The position numbers were made by a program, and so were the translations under genes. DNA of 64,000 nt from a candidate division FCPU426 bacterium (GTDB lineage: Bacteria > Oederibacteriota > Muellerivitia > Muellerivitales > Muellerivitaceae), in the NCBI GenBank assembly GCA_963830915.1, contig CAWHOE010000019.1, forward strand, positions 53,631 through 117,630, read 5' to 3'. Position 1 is the first letter of the stretch. Each line of letters opens with the position of its first letter. The notes below the pieces were generated by a model. The model ran no database searches. It was not told where the DNA came from and saw nothing but the letters and a program-made list of their open reading frames with translations. Of the stretch, positions 61,996 to 64,000 are shown piece after piece.

Positions 61996-62383
61996 GAAGC
62001 AGGTACGTGATCGCGGTCCTTCCGGTTTCCGGAGGGGCTGAGGAAAGTCCGAACTCCGCAGGACAGGATGCTGGGTAACGCCCAGTCGCCCGCAAGGGTG
62101 AAGGAAAGTGCCACAGAGAATATACCGCCATCAGAAGCCGCGAGGCTCCTGGAGGTAAGGGTGAAAAGGTGGGGTAAGAGCCCACCGCGTCTTCAGCGAT
62201 GAAGGCGGCATGGCAAACCCCATCCGGAGCAAGATCAAATAGGGAGGCTTCAAGGCGGTCCGCCTTATTCCTTTCCATACCGGAAAGGGAGGCCTTCGGG
62301 TAAGATCGCAAATAGATGGGGCCGGTAACGGACCTCGCGAGAGAAATGATCACACTCACAGAATTCGGCTTATAACCTGCTTC
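61996..62383 (+). ncRNA. rnpB: RNase P RNA (type A)
   Basis: P1 GAAGCAGGT/ACCTGCTTC; GAGGAAAGTCCGAACT...ACAGAATTCGGCTTA P4 strands; AGTGCCACAG, GGGTGAAAAGGTGGGGTAAGAGCCCACC, GGCAAACCCC. Confidence 0.97.
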
Positions 62384-62516
62384 TTTTTTTATTTTCAAGG
62401 ACGGTAAGAAAATAAAAATTTCTTAATTCCCATTAATTTCTGTTTATTCTATGGACCGTCTTTTTCAGGACGGTTTTTTTGTTTCCTGAAATAATCGAAC
62501 AGGATCCGAGGGAAAC

Positions 62517-63776
62517 GTGCAAAAAATATTGGTCAAGGGCGGTAAGACCCTCCGGGGTTCGGTCGAGATAAGCGGGTCCAAGAACGCCACCCTGCCGGTC
62601 ATGACGGCGGCCCTCCTGGGGGAAACCCCCTCGGTCATCCACAATGTTCCCTACCTGAACGATATCAAGACCATGGCGGAAGTGCTCCGCAAGCTGGGGT
62701 CCCAGGTCGTCCTGGAAGACCATCAACTCCGCATCGACCCGGCCGGGTTCGATCAGTACGAGGCCCCATACGAATTGGTCAAGACCATGAGGGCGTCCAT
62801 CTATTCCCTGGGGGCCTGCTTGGCCCGTTTGGGGGAGGCGAAAGTTTCCCTGCCGGGCGGATGCGCCATCGGGGCCCGGCCCATCGACCTTCACTTAAAA
62901 GGCGTGGAGCAGTTGGGGGCCCAAGTGACCATCGAGCATGGTTACGTGCACGCCAAGGCTTCCCGTTTGAAAGGGGCCACCATCCATCTGGCCGGGCCCC
63001 ATGGGCCCAGCGTCGGGGCCACGGTGAACGTCGTTTTGGCGGCCACGGCCGCGGAGGGGACGACCGTTATCGAGTCCGCTTCCAGCGAGCCTGAGGTCGA
63101 GGATATGGTCCGTTATCTCAACGCCATGGGGGCCCAGATCGAGGGGGCGGGGACCTCCCGCCTGGTCATCCAGGGCAAGAAGCGTTTGAAGGGGGTCGAG
63201 TATTCGGTCATCGCCGACCGTGTGGAAGCCGGCACCTTCATGGTGGCCTCGGCCATTACCCGCGGCGATGTGTTATTGAAGAAGGCCAACGCCAAACATT
63301 TGGAGGCTGTTTCGGAAAAACTGCGTCAGATCGGCGTGAGCGTGGAAGAGGGTAAGGCCGGCATCCGCGTCCGAGGGAACGACCATTACAAACCCTCGAA
63401 CGTTATGGTCCTCCCTTACCCTGGTTTCCCCACGGACATGCAGGCCCAGATCATGGCCCTGCTTTCGGTCGTGCCTGGGCTGAGCCTGGTCACGGAGACC
63501 ATTTGGGAGAACCGGTTCATGCATGTTTTCGAGATGAACCGCATGGGCGCGGACATCACCATCGACCACAGCCACGCGGCCGTGAAGGGCGTCAAGAAAC
63601 TCACCGGGGCGCCGGTCATGGCGTCGGACCTGAGGGCCAGCGCGGCCTTGATCCTGGCGGGGTTGGTTGCGGAGGGGGAGACCCTGGTCCAGCGCATCTA
63701 CCACTTGGATCGCGGATATGAGAAAATCGAGCAGAAACTTTCCGCCCTCGGGGCGGATATCAGCCGTGTAGACTAG
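62517..63776 (+). CDS. murA: UDP-N-acetylglucosamine 1-carboxyvinyltransferase
   Basis: SGSKNA, MRAS, PGGCAIGARP, YPGFPTDMQ, DLRASA, HLDRGYE. Confidence 0.98.
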   Translation: MQKILVKGGKTLRGSVEISGSKNATLPVMTAALLGETPSVIHNVPYLNDIKTMAEVLRKLGSQVVLEDHQLRIDPAGFDQYEAPYELVKTMRASIYSLGACLARLGEAKVSLPGGCAIGARPIDLHLKGVEQLGAQVTIEHGYVHAKASRLKGATIHLAGPHGPSVGATVNVVLAATAAEGTTVIESASSEPEVEDMVRYLNAMGAQIEGAGTSRLVIQGKKRLKGVEYSVIADRVEAGTFMVASAITRGDVLLKKANAKHLEAVSEKLRQIGVSVEEGKAGIRVRGNDHYKPSNVMVLPYPGFPTDMQAQIMALLSVVPGLSLVTETIWENRFMHVFEMNRMGADITIDHSHAAVKGVKKLTGAPVMASDLRASAALILAGLVAEGETLVQRIYHLDRGYEKIEQKLSALGADISRVD

Positions 63777-63783
63777 AGGGACC

Positions 63784-64000
63784 ATGAGGATACTGAACTA
63801 CAACAACAAAAAAGACCGGGGCCTGGTGGAGAAACTCATCCGCCGGGAGCCCTTGGTGGCCCTGAAGGGCGTGGGAAGCCGAGCGGCCTTGACCCGCAAG
63901 GTCTTCGGGAAGGCTTTGACCCCTGAGCAAGCGGTCTTGAAGATCGTCACGGACGTGCGCCAAAAGGGCGACCGGGCCCTCTTTAGCTATTGCCGGAAAC
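63784..64000 (+). CDS. hisD: Histidinol dehydrogenase, N-terminus only (runs off the right edge)
   Basis: Not in ORF track. Manual translation MRILNY...VLKIVTDVRQKGDRALFSY matches the HisD N-terminal pattern; follows murA. Confidence 0.7.
   Translation, partial: MRILNYNNKKDRGLVEKLIRREPLVALKGVGSRAALTRKVFGKALTPEQAVLKIVTDVRQKGDRALFSYCRK

Noticed and set aside
61709..62398. 229-aa minus-strand ORF
   Set aside because: Antisense shadow of rnpB and rnhA.

Overview
64-kb chromosomal segment of a diderm, LPS-producing bacterium of moderately high GC. Left to right it holds: a surface-glycan/aminosugar cluster (SDR-DegT fusion, GNAT, GT2s, GT-C, lhgO, methyltransferases); a GH3 beta-glucosidase and a sugar ABC system; metK-ahcY; a xylose cluster (xylF-xylG-[GT-C]-xylH ... 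xylA-lacI-SBP-GH-xylB) interrupted by an accessory stretch at about 24.3-28.3 kb; gltA; envelope proteins; an LPS core/Kdo region (msbA, gmhA/B, two rfaE1/rfaE2 pairs, GT9, kdsB, pyrG, kdsA); then rnhA, rnpB, murA and the start of hisD. Seven genes, including pyrG, carry small frameshifts that look like sequencing errors. The most unusual signals are non-coding. (1) A 600-bp array of 27 CC(A/T)GTAAA(C/T)-type motifs phased at about 21 bp and punctuated by a 61-bp hairpin-containing repeat, just upstream of xylA. (2) Three tiny (52-76 bp) double-hairpin insertions with different stem sequences but one architecture, each inserted at a CA dinucleotide inside another intergenic repeat. (3) A duplicated gene 3' end bracketing an AT-rich HEAT-repeat gene. 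No transposase, integrase or cas gene is visible. All assignments come from motif recognition by eye; no searches were run.
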